NCBI GenBank assembly: GCA_964658305.1
Contig: OZ210884.1
Location: forward strand, 2,728,001 to 2,792,000
Direction of reading: 5' to 3'
Source: Leptogorgia sarmentosa
Lineage: Eukaryota
DNA: 64,000 bases
Shown here: positions 25,071 through 37,700 of the stretch, piece after piece
Layout of the letters: each line of letters begins with the position of its first letter
Numbering within the stretch: the first letter of the stretch is position 1
Notes under the pieces: model-generated
Told to the model about the DNA's origin: nothing
The model's input: only the letters and a program-made list of their open reading frames with translations
Databases searched by the model: none
Made by a program: the position numbers and the translations under genes

Positions 25071-25383
25071 GTCTTTGTTCTAATAAACGTTGTAGCAACA
25101 AATTATAATCTCCCAGTCGACCCCAACATTGACCTTACATATCATTAACGTAGCGCCACGGATACTTTGGCTAATTCTCGAGTTCATTCGTCCAAAATTA
25201 ATAGACTTATTTGTATACCCTACGCTCCTTTCTCACCAGAAGCACGATATGTGGCTTAAGAACAAAAATTTTTTTTTAGGCGTGTGATTGAACACAAATA
25301 CAGAGTAAGCATTGCTCATTAGCTATGATGATTGAGCTATGGCTGGGCGTACCAGAGAAAATAATGAGATCGTGTGGGTTAAC

Positions 25384-25694
25384 CAGTGGCGTAGGCAGAC
25401 ATTCCTTTTTTTTTGGGGGGGGGGGGGGGCAAGCAAACGCGGAGGGCGCGATGCCATGTAGGGGGGTCCGGGGGAGAATCCGGGAAAATTTTGAAATCTG
25501 GAGTCCCTCAATGGCGATTTAGCGTGTTTCTGGGGTGAGATTTGTGAAAATGTTTGGATTGAGATTGGTAGTCACATGGGTAGTCATCGCCCTCCCTAAT
25601 TTCTACCCGGATTTCATCTTTTTACGGCGCAGTCCTTGGCCTATTTGGGGGGCTGAGCCCCCCCCCCCCGTGCTCTCCCTTGTCTACGCCACTG
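25384..25694. mobile_element. hAT-like MITE upstream of gene C
   Basis: CAGTGGCGTAG...CTACGCCACTG; TSD GGGTTAAC/GGTTTAAC (7/8). Confidence 0.8.
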
Positions 25695-26019
25695 GGTTTA
25701 ACGCACGAGAAGAAACTCTCTGGCAACCAGAAAAACAAAATAAACACTAGCTCTCGACAACCGAGAGAAAAATGTATCGAATCCACCCCCGAAGTTTCAC
25801 AAGTAGAGGATGTTTACAATAATTGAAATGTTTTTTTCAAGTAAATTATCACATATTACAAATAGTGTCTTTGTATGCAAAAAGTTGAAACAACAAAATC
25901 TTTCAGTTTCTAGCTGCTATGAAAAGGAACTATACACAGCTTGACTACCAATTATGCCCGCGCGTCAATTATTAAATAACCATCTGCAAGAACCTTTTAG
26001 TTCTTTCAATTCGCCACTG

Positions 26020-26026
26020 TATAAAA
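26020..26026 (+). promoter_or_regulatory. TATA box of gene C
   Basis: TATAAAA lies ~110 bp upstream of the GTAAGT donor at 26133. The homologous position in gene B (~10900) reads GAATAAAAGCA. Confidence 0.6.
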
Positions 26027-27157
26027 GCAGCACATCACAACCACTACAATACATTCAACTCAAAAGACTAAAGAGATCAGTAAAAGAAGCGAAGAAATCG
26101 TCATTTGAAAGCAGGAGAAACCGACCATCCATGTAAGTAATAAATAAATTGTCTATATAGCACGCACGTATAAGCTATAGTAAATGTACAAAAACAGATC
26201 TATAACCATACATAAAATATTTATAGTGAACATATTAATAGACATAATATTTTTATAACTGGCTTCTATCTCTATTTTGCGCAACTACTGATTGTAGCTA
26301 TTACTGCTAGATCTGTAAATATTTGTTTAAACTTTTCAAAGTTCGAACAGTCAAATTGATATTTCTATAAAAATATACAGTATATCAGACAAGAAACGAT
26401 CTTCTACAGAAAGTTTATCAAAAATAAGGCGCTAAACCTGCATTTTCCTGTTCAAAATTTAAATATAGTTGTTATAGTTACGATGATTTCTTTCATTTGT
26501 TAACGAAAAAAACTTTTTACTTGATCCGACCTAGAGTTCATAATCTAGTTCAACTTACCAACTGATTGCAAAACTGCTATCCTGGAGGGACCCGATCCTT
26601 GTAATCGAAAATTATAGAAAATATGGCAAATCACAAATGCCATGTAGCTATGGCCCAGTTCAAAACGAATATACGCACCCAAAAGGAATAATTTCCCGCA
26701 CATGCCTAGAAAATACCGCATGAAACAACGTAGCCTAAGAATTACAAAATATCTATATTCCACCTAAGTTAACGTTAATATATAAAAGTTTATCGAAATA
26801 CAATTTTTAACTTTGAATTGCCTTAAAAGTTAATTGATTTAAATTTGTTTTCAAAAGAACTTAGTAGCAAGAACATGAATATATAAATATTTAAATTTAA
26901 GAAAATTTCACGTCACAGTGAGACTCGGGGAATTACCAAAACTTTCAAATTACCTTAATAATTTTACGCAGTCCCATGTTTACCTATATAAACCTGTTAT
27001 GAGAATAATAGCTAAGGCAGAACAATAGTACTTGAAATAGGCTATCCTAACTTAACCAGGCCCACATAAATTAGAAATGGTAGCAGAACGACAGTTGGCC
27101 TTAATGCATTAACGATTTATGATTACAATATTTTTAATAGTATTTTTTCCGTATAGA

Positions 27158-30100
27158 ATGACTTCTAAACAATTGGTATCTTTGTTGGCATTCTTATTTC
27201 TTGCTCCACAAATCATTTGGAAGGTTGAAGGTAGTTATTCACAAATTTATATTATCGCATTAAAATTAACAAAAAAGCATATTCTAGCTATGTAGCAAAA
27301 CGGAGGAAGAACACGAGAGATGTAAATATTCATAGCTACCAACCGATAAATGCTTTTTCAGTGTTTTTTTTATACGTGTAACATTCGTATAATTAGAAAA
27401 TACAATAAAAAATACAGTCACGTATCTTTTGCAAAAAAATAAACTAGCTACGTTTAAAATATTAGAGTATAAATTCAATGCGGAAATTTAGGTACAGCTG
27501 TTAAACACCCGTTGTCGATCGCTTCTCGTACCTACTTGGGTCAAGTTTAATTCACTTGTATTTTTGCCTGCCAAGATTTTCTTATTTGGGTTGTTTCAGT
27601 TTTGTTAGAAAACCTAATGACCGTCTGTAGGCGTATACTTTATGTAAGCCTTCGTTCTTATTTCCAACGTCTTTCTCTTACTTCGGTTGCCAGCAGATAT
27701 TCATTGCGTCAACAGAACACAGTTGCAAAAAGTGTTCAACCTTCCTCCGTGTAAAATTTAGAGTTTTCAAATTTTCCTCAAAATGAATACGAATTCTGAA
27801 TTTCAAATTGCAAAATATATGAATTACGTCATTCAAAATTGGCTTCTTATTCCCATTTTCCACTGATTTAGCACTATTCTGCTGAAACCTGCCTCAATAT
27901 CACCTCACATATTGGAAACCTTCCTCACGGGTGGTACCCGCAAACCCACAGCTTTTTTGCAACTCTGCAACAGAAACTTTTAAATTGCAATATTTTTTAA
28001 ACAAGGTGCACGTGTAAAGTTATTCAAGTAATTATTCAATTATTCAAAAAATAGTCACAAGTAGTTAATTATATTCTTGGATTAATCGTGGATTGTTTAC
28101 TTAATAGGCTGTCCTACTACACCGTCGGGAAATACGACATCAACAGCGCCACCACAACCGCGTACAACAACTGACGAAGGTAAGCGCGATTGGATAAAAA
28201 AAACCAAGTGAAAACTAAGAAAAAAACTTTCTGGTACCATCTCCTTAACGATTTAAGGATTCCACAGTGAAACTCTCTGTAATAGTGAGATTCAGATCGT
28301 TCTTTGGTTGCAAGTGCTAGCAATGAATTTACCAGAGACGCTAAACCCTTTAGAGAAATATACGTTTAACAAAGTCACTACATTCAACACTATTATAGTC
28401 AATTATTCAATTAAAAAACTGGAAACTCATTATGCTATTACGCCATATATGCATTAGTAGTCGATATTTGGTAGCTATATAATATTAGTTTGAAGGTTAA
28501 AGTTTACAATATCATTATACCAGTTTTCAAAAGACCGAGAATAAGTACATATTACGAGCAATAATTCGTAAAAACAGAAGTAAAATTTTCCATAAATACT
28601 AATTGACAAGTATACATTTTTATGATATCACCTCTTTGTGCAAATTTCGTGAAAATTCTATACATTTCCAGTTCTTAAATTATCTATAAATTGGTCGAGG
28701 ACTCAGAATTGTGACTTAAAGCTCTAATTACACACCTGCATGTGTTATTCTAATTCTAACAGTTCTGAATCAATTAAAGAATGATTGTTAAACTATTATA
28801 TTTTCCAATGATTAATATAATATTATATTCATACGATTGTTTTCTAATTATTTTTTAGGATGTCGCTAAATTCGTCATGTATTATGAATTGACTCATTTG
28901 CTGTCCCATATAAAGATGTATTGTTCCATGCATTAATTCGCTGATTTTATTCTTAATAGGACCCACTACTTCACCAACAGGAAATCAAACATTAACCGCA
29001 AAACCAACGACAACACCATCGCATAAAACAACTGAAGGTAGGTAACCAAATAGGAACAAGGTCGATTGAACAACGCGTTTAAAAACTTTACAATACAACT
29101 GTCCTTTGCCTGCAAGTACTACTAAAGTTTGAAATGTTGCAAATTCTCCATCCCTAACTTAGCTATATGGGCTGCATAAAAAAAACTTACACAACTTTTG
29201 TATCTTAGTTAATGGCCCTTACAGATTTATTGCTGACATTTTCATAATGGCTTATGAAAATGTATGGCTTATAAATTCAAATTAAGCCTTTAGCTTCTTT
29301 CCAAATTATTGTAAAAATAAGACTTCATACGAATCGGTAAAAAAATGGCATTCAACGCCGCATTTTTCGAAAGGCGAAAGAGGATGGAATGAAAAAAATA
29401 GACGGTAGAAAAGTTAATTTTTTAACTAGCTTCTGTCCGGCCTTCCTGGCTAGAGCTTGACAATTGCATAATCACATATCCAACACAATTTTGTGGACCT
29501 GTGTCATTTCCAATTTATTTGCAACTTATTTAATATCGAATTATTCACCTCGATCCTTTGTAACAACGATGCTTCTATACTTTGTAAAAAAGGTTTTATA
29601 GACACATTGTAAGGTAGATAGAAATATATTCTGATATTTGTCTAATATCAACAGGCTCCAATATCGAGGATGAATGGGAGATTTCTTTCGTTGAACAAGG
29701 TACGTGCTTGATCCAAAGCGAATTTATTATTATCATTATATAGAATGGTTATTATAATCATGTTAAAATCGATTGGAAATTCCAGGAATTTACAATTCTT
29801 CCAAAGGAAGTAAAGCGCACACATTTTCATGCAGCCAATTAGATTCAGATAAGGAACCAAAATAGCCAATCAGCTTTTAGCGAGGATTGGACAAAAACGC
29901 AGGCATGAAAATAAATAATAATGTTTATAAACATGTTTTTGTTTATACACTTGATTATTTCAAACAAAATTTGGTGACAGGAAACAAAAACGGGAAATAC
30001 TGAATTAACCATCCAGCATTTCTAATTACTAATTCACAAAATTCTGCTGCTCTCTATTACGATTTGACAAAGTTCATGTGGCAATTACTGTCATACTACA

Positions 30101-33100
30101 ATTGCAGCTTTCAAAAGCAAGCAGGTGGATGTGGGTCTTTTGCAAACCAAAATGACTTCGGTTTTAAAATTGTTTATGTTTCCAAAATGAATATAATAAA
30201 ATGGTAATTACGCTTCGTTTCGTGCTATTTTGGTCGAAAATCACACTTTTGATCAGAAACTTCATTCTCGCTTCGAAGACGCACATTTTTTTCCCACTCG
30301 GCTTTGCATGAATTGAGACCATTGAACTATATAAAACTGGAAGGCTACTTCCGGTCGAAAACTTGAAGCCAAAATATGCAAAATTGGCCCTAGTCTTCTC
30401 ACGCAATGTAAACACGGCCAAAACAAATCATTCTGTGTTTTTCGGAAAAAACCTGGAAAAACCTTGCAAAAAATAACATTAAAAGATGGGAATCATTCAT
30501 GTTTAAATAAATTTGACGAAGATTTGGTCCTCTTAATAATGGCCAGTTTTTGTACCAGATTTTGTATGGTAACGTCTGATAAAACTAGCGCTTTTTGTAG
30601 AAAAAACCGATCAGCAGTGATAAGCATCGTGTTGAGGTTTGCTATAAAGCTGGGTTAAGCCGTGATTTTTGGTAAATTTTTTATATTTTTCCAACATCGT
30701 TTACCCACAGGCCATTTCCATTGATAGACAGTTTTCGAATCATTATGTCAAGCATTTGAGATCCGTTTTATTCCAGGCGCAATCGTTTTCCGCGTGTTTA
30801 CCTTACAGAAATTCATTTGATCGGCATAAAATTGAAATGTTCTGTATTCATAGCACAAGAAATGGCTTTGAAACAGTAAAAAAACAGCAAATTCATTTCT
30901 CTATCGCATCGCAAGTTCCTACGTTCTCTTTCGACAACATGTTGTTCACTTGTTCGCTACTTTCAACCACGCGAGAATGTCACGCAGCTGAACTCGCGTG
31001 AAATTACCTCCAGACACGCGTGCCTCCACGCAAAATTTTTAATTTATTTCCCGTTAATATTAAGGTAGCCTTCCATATATAGTTCAATGATTGAGACCAA
31101 ATTGCACTGCACTCAGTATATACCGACATATCTGTCCGTTTCAGCATGATCGTACTACATGCTGAATTGGGTGTCTTTTAGTGCACTGGGATTTAGGAAT
31201 TGACCATTATACAATGAAGACTTGTTGACAAATGTTGAAATTTTTCTTCCAGGAGCAGAAAATATTACATGTACACCAACACAATCAATGTCAGGAAAAG
31301 CTTCACCTTCACCAAAATCACCACCAGCTATACCAAAACCATTTAAAAAACCAAAAGGTACGAGCTCGAATGAAAAATAGGAACATTAGGCATGCGTAAT
31401 AATCACTTAGCTACTGACTAAGATTGAAAAATATCAAACTGAGGTCTTGCTGTATTAACCGTGCGATATGGAGGTTACTACAGCTAGACCGATGTTTGAT
31501 GTTTTCCCGTACAGAACGAACAGTCGAAGTCAGTAGTTTGTTATATTTTATTATATGGCTTTACGAAGCTCTCTACTGATTGGTTGACAAGCAGTCCGTA
31601 AAAACCCAATTCCGGACCGTGGTCCGTATTTTCTGTATCTGGACCGGTGTCCCGGATGTCGTTTATCTGGCGGGAAAATTCGCTTCGCAAACAGAAAAGA
31701 TTTTTTGCTTTTTAATTTTCCAATTTAAGATAAAAATTTCGGACAACCAAATTGTTTTAGATTGAGCATGTATGTCTACCGTATACTGTTACCTAGTGAA
31801 ACTGATGATAGCCGATTAAATTCGGGCGAAAAGCATATGCTAAAATACTCAATTCAGCCATATAATAAACAGTTTATTGACCTCGCTTGTTCGGTCTGTA
31901 CTGTGAAATATCAGACCTCAGTTTTTTGCATTGACCTCGCTCCTTCGTCGCTCGGTCTATACTAAAAAACCTTGGTCTGATATTTCACAGTACAGACCTC
32001 ACGCTCGGTCAATAACCCTTTAATATGGCATATGTGCGTTTTGAAATGAGCTTAGGCGATATACAGGAATAAACCAAATATTATCATACTGGGGCCGGTT
32101 GTATAAATCTCTTAACTACCCGTTTCGCAATTAAAATACGGGTTTCTGATTGGTCAATTTTTGTACTTAACTATATATAGTTAACTTCAACTTTATTTTT
32201 ATACAACACTGAACTTCGTTAAACTGACAAAAAACAGTTTCGCATCCTTCAATTTCAAACTCTAGTTATTAGAACTCGTTCTCACAACGCCTCTCGTCGT
32301 TCACTTTAGCACTTTCGTATTTCAATAAACAAAATTTCATTGAATTTCAATGTTTTTTGTGATTGTTTTCTTGATAGCGGAATAAAAATTGGGTATTGTC
32401 CGTGGGCAATACGGGAAAATCCTGCCATATATTACGGCATTCGCAAAAAAAAAGCATCTTGATTCCTGCATTTCCTTTGAAAATCGTCAGTCTAAATCAG
32501 AATAGATCAAAACTGGAGTTCATTATGCAGCAAAAAAATCTGTTTTGAAAACATGCCAAGGAAGCTCCAAAAACTTAAATACTCGTCTACATAATAGCCT
32601 GTATACTGATCTAAACTGCTGGGCTGCTTTTTTATGATTTGTAAATTGATTTTATCGGAAATTTAAAGAAACGTGGCTCATTTGAAAAAAATGGGCATGC
32701 AAAGAATAATTAAATTTCAGTTGAAATTCAGTGGAATTTCCAGCTTCTAAAATACACTGCAAAAAATATTGTGCAAGAAATAGTGAAATAGTGACACTTT
32801 GCCATAACAAAGACATTGATAAATCATAATCGCACATGTTAACTGGGATTACACAAAGTAAAGAAAGTATGCCTTCGTTACGTGCGTATCTACTATGCAG
32901 CGTTCTCGACAAAAAAACATCAATTATAATTGTATATTGGAATACTAATTTTTATCAACCTCTTACATTTTCCAGGTGCCGGTATAGATTGCACTTGCCA
33001 TCCAGTACTTGGGGTTTTTCAAATAATCCGTCGAAATCGATTGATATGCACGTCAAAGTTTGTCTATGCAAACAATGAATGTAAACCTAATCCACCCTGT

Positions 33101-33211
33101 GTTCCTATTGTCATAAAGCGGATCAATGTTCCAATGATATGTCTGAAACCACTTCCAAATGTAGTTGTAAAAGGCGTAGTGGTCATCAAGTGTGGTATAA
33201 TAAATGGATAA
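27158..33211 (+). CDS. Gene C: paralog of A/B, secreted Thr/Pro-rich mucin-like protein with degenerate cystine knot, 187 aa; exons 27158-27230, 28108-28179, 28960-29037, 31253-31357, 32976-33211
   Basis: All introns are phase 1 GT-AG and the total is 564 nt. The signal exon MTSKQLVSLLAFLFLAPQIIWKVEG is the same size (73 nt) as in B. Three T/P/S-rich exons follow. The last exon GIDCTC..LICTSK..NECKPNPPCVP..MICL..IKCGIING aligns with the last exon of B. TATA at 26020, non-coding exon donor at 26133, AATAAA near 33275. Confidence 0.82.
31553..32022 (+). repeat. Dispersed hairpin-terminated element, same family as 23899-24360
   Basis: Direct alignment by eye; the ORF-track peptides at 24107 and 31762 are near-identical. 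Confidence 0.85.
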
Positions 33212-34758
33212 GTAAAATCTGTTTTTTTTGTAAGGTATTATATCTCGGATCTTTTTTTTCTTTTATTTGTTCGAAATAAATTGCGAATAGGCTAAAAGGC
33301 GTTCTAGAAAATCGATTTTTGTATTCTTAATTCTTTTCAATAAATACTGATATAGTTTCAATCGTTATGCGTATTTTGTACCTGTCTTGTCTGATGTCAA
33401 CTTGACTTCTAAGATTGAATCGAAATTGATGGTTTGTAGCGTATGCTAGAGCAGAACAGAAGGTACCGATTTTGGCGGGCTTCACAAACTCACTTAGGGA
33501 ATAGGGATTTCTCGGCGGCAAATTTTCAAAATGCAATTCTGAGAGCAATTTCCACGGTGGAAAGGGAACCCCGTTTTGTTATTCTTTTGCGCCATTTTTA
33601 TTTTCGAATGATCCGAAAATGATGTGCAATCGTAGTTTAAAATACTACTCGCAGCTAGGTTCTTTAAAAACAAGCACGTTAAACTTGGCGCTCAAATTCA
33701 CAACAGGAAGAAAAACTTGTCATGTGATTAAAAGGAAATTTTTTCTCCATTTTATTGGTAATAGAATTGTTTATGAAGATTCCAGCAAAGTTAGCTACTT
33801 GATTTACATTTTAATAGTGTTAGGGTTTACATTATGTGATTTACACACAATTTATTAAAATATAAAAACCTGACTGTGGTCAACTGATATATCGTTTTCA
33901 TGCATGATTACATAATTGTATTTATATATAGTAAACACAAAAATAAAGTCAATTCAAAAGGTCAGCAAGTCGTGATACAGATCTACGTTACAGTGTAGCC
34001 ATACAGTAGAAAACGGTACAGTACAATACAATGCACTACAATACAATATAATACAGGGGCAAATTGGAGAGGGGGAGCTTTCTTTTCTTCTGTTTTGCAT
34101 ATTTAAAATTCAAAATGTCTAAATTTCATTTCATTAAATCTCTTTCCGTTAAAAGGAAATAACTCCGGTAGAGTAAAAAATGCCGTAATGACGGCAAAAA
34201 TAGCTGGCTTTTTGAGCTTATTACCACAAATTTCAGACATGGTTGCCTTAATTTTTGAAGAAATTAACTGCACAAGTCAATAATGATGATATGAAACCTA
34301 TTATAATTTACATGGCAATGCCAATACCTCGTGTTTGGTCAAATTTCATTCTCTAAGTTTATAACCTGTGTAAAACCGTACAACTCTATATACGGCCGAT
34401 AGACTTTAAGATAAACTTTTATAATGGCTTTTATGTCTCCATTATTGATCTGTCGCCCGTATATAGGGCTAATTTATTCAAGTTTTTGTGAAAAGCCATT
34501 CGTCACAAGGTTAATACTGCACTTGTACGTGTTTTCAATGGTTATTTGTATTTATACTCGATATATATGCCCGAAAGTTTGAACTTCTGACACACTGTCA
34601 AATTGTTCACTATAAAAATTACCGTCCTTCGTTAACAATTTGCCAAAAGCACCCCCTCTTCCCACCCGTTTGGTTTCTAGGACAACCCTGCGAAATACAA
34701 TACAATTACTCTATTTGTATCACGACTTGACTTAAATCAAATGACTTGCAAACAGTTT

Positions 34759-37700
34759 CTAGTTTTCTGCCATGTTTCCGTTGCCAAACGCCATCATTTT
34801 GTCAGAGGGATATTGCATGGGGATCACCTCAAGGGATTTTGTGGAATTTTTTGCGCGACGTTTTCTTACCAGAAATACCACGGTTGCGGTAAGCAAGAGA
34901 ACAATGAGCCCGGCACACACCAGTATGGCAATCATGATTGTATTTGGACTGGACTCAACTTCATCATCTACAAACAAAATGAAACAATTTCATGTACATC
35001 TTTTCTTGAAAAGTCGAATTGGGTAGAATCCAATTGTATCGTTTATGCCGAGTGGGTATATTGAGTTTTTGCGGCTTCTTCATGTTTTATTAATTACTTT
35101 TTGATGTTTTTTCCCCACTACCTGTGCCGTAACGCCGAAAAAGACGTTGTTCATAATTATATCTTTATCTCGGAATATTGAATATGAAAATTATCTAAAG
35201 CCAAAAATGAATTGAATTCTCCTCAAATTAGAATTTTAGCGGATAAATGTAACGGCGAATTTAACAAGAGAGTTTCGTGCCTTATGATTCCGGCTCTCAG
35301 CTAATCTTTCTGTGCAAAGACTCTCTATCTACTTATAATGATGGAGTGATTTTGTTTTTCGGGTCTGCAAGAAATTTTACACGAAAGTTGGAACTTGAAA
35401 CGGTGCATTCATGATACAATATAGCTGCAATCGATATTTTGAAAACATATTTTAAAAAAGAAAATTTAAATAAACTACAATACTGGAAGATTTTCGTTTT
35501 TTTAGATTATCTTAGATAATTTCGTTGTAATTGTGTTCTAAATTTAAAACTTAAACTGTTTCATGTTGATAAGTCTAGCCTTATTTTGATAACAAAAACC
35601 AAACAAATGAACAATTTCAGACTCCGCTGGTCAATTGAACCGTAATGTTAGCTTGGACGTCGGAATTAAGATTCAAGACAAGGAAATAGCATATCTCGAA
35701 ATGTCAACGCAAATCACCAAAAAGTTCCAAAAGTTATATAAATTGACAAAAAAAGATGCCTCATATAAAAGACGCCTCATTGTCTCAAACAAAATGCCAC
35801 AGACATTTTTATGACTGCTATACTAATGTCCACCTACTATCCCTTCATGCATTCTTTGCGATATTGATTAAAAGATGGCTAATTAATGGATCGTTATTAT
35901 TTAACAATTGGACAATGAGACCGAGTTGAAGCATAAATAAATAGTATAAATTTTATATATATTATTATTATATATATTTATATATATTAGTATAAATTTT
36001 CAAGTGACTATAACATTTCCTGCAATCTGATTCGTTAAAATTTGCTCTCTCTGGTGTTATAGTCACTGGGCAGTGACTATAAAGATTTTTCATAATTAAA
36101 ACTCAAAATGGCCGCTACGTTTGCTGAAGTTTCGCAGGAGGAAATTGACAAAATTAAACAAGAAAGCATCCCCAAGAAAGTTAAACAAGCGATAAAATAT
36201 GGTTTAAAAATCTTTCAAAGTAAAATTTTTATTTATTGTTATTTTTATGCAACAAAACTGGCTTTTTTCACTAGCAAAGTGGTGATATGAGCGTGAATTA
36301 TTTGATGTAAACAAACTATAGCAAAGTAAACAAAACTTGAATTTCTACTTAAAAGACAGTTTGAATCAAATCAGTTTGACTTGGGAATTTATACTAAAAC
36401 AATTAGTCGCCTCAGGCTTCGGTGATTACAAGCTCATAGTCACCTCGGCCCTTCGCGCCTTGGTGACTATGAGCTTGTAATCACCTCGCCTTCGGCGACT
36501 AATTGTTAAATAGACGACGGCTGAGTATAGCCAATCAGAATGTAGCATTTGTAATAGACGATGGTTGGGTGTATACTAAAAAGAAATAGCCAAACCGACA
36601 AACCTTGATCTTTGTTACTTTCCTCTTTAATTTTTTCTCGATACATGATGGGACCAATAGAGAGTTGGTAACTGCGTTCCGTAGCATCTGACGCATCACG
36701 ACGTTTTCTGTTGGAACAAGTTGTACTTCGGGCACAAACAGAATCCTGTGTATTGATGTTACAAAGTCGCAGATCACAGTGGATGTAAACGAACGTGTGA
36801 TTGGCAACAAATCTGAAAACTTGGATGCTAAATCGATGACTCTGCTGTAAGCCAGTCGTGTGATGGATGATAGTTGAGTCTTTGTCACAGCTATAAGCAA
36901 GCAAGTTGAGATTTTTAGTTTTGTTAGAAAATACTTGTCAAGTGTAAACATTTTGAGGAGTGGTAAATGATAATTCCGCGACTCATTCCCTGGGGCGGCG
37001 CCAATTTGTAGAGGCTGGGAGGGGGTACGGTGAACACAGAGGACGTGATATTTCCACGGAGATTTTGCAGCATACATACCTCCAAAAAAAATTGCTATTT
37101 CTGTGGTCTCTAAAAGCTATTTTTTACCAGATTAGACAGGTGTGTTGGAAATTCAAAAGCAACAAATCCGAGTGTTGCCCGAAAAGGTCGTGCAGGCAGC
37201 TAAACATGCACCCATTGTTAGATTATATAACTAGATGCACCTTTTACGTCATTCCAGTATTTCACAAAAGCTTTGTGTTCTTAGCTAATCGAATATCTCC
37301 AATGTTTATATGTTGATATGAACTAGCATTTTGAATAGTCGTACCCTCGCCAACCCCATTTTTCCGGCTTACGATTTAGATCAATCTGAAAGTTGGCTTC
37401 AGTCCAGGCGAAAAACCAGGCATTAATTGAAGGGGGGACAAAAACATTCGTATATTCGTGTTTTCTCCTTATGATTTCGTTTCCCTTGCAGTAAATAAAA
37501 AAACTGATTGCAAACATCACTTACGCTTCAGATATGAACTCGTATTGCGGTGTATCATAAGGCTTGCTACTTGGTGTTGCACGGCATGTTTCGGCTCGCA
37601 CAACGATGTCGGTGTTGCTGGTGTTTAAACCATACTGGATGTTAATACGATCCTCGAAACTTTTAAAAGCAGGATATTTCTCTGAAGTGCTAGAGAGGAA

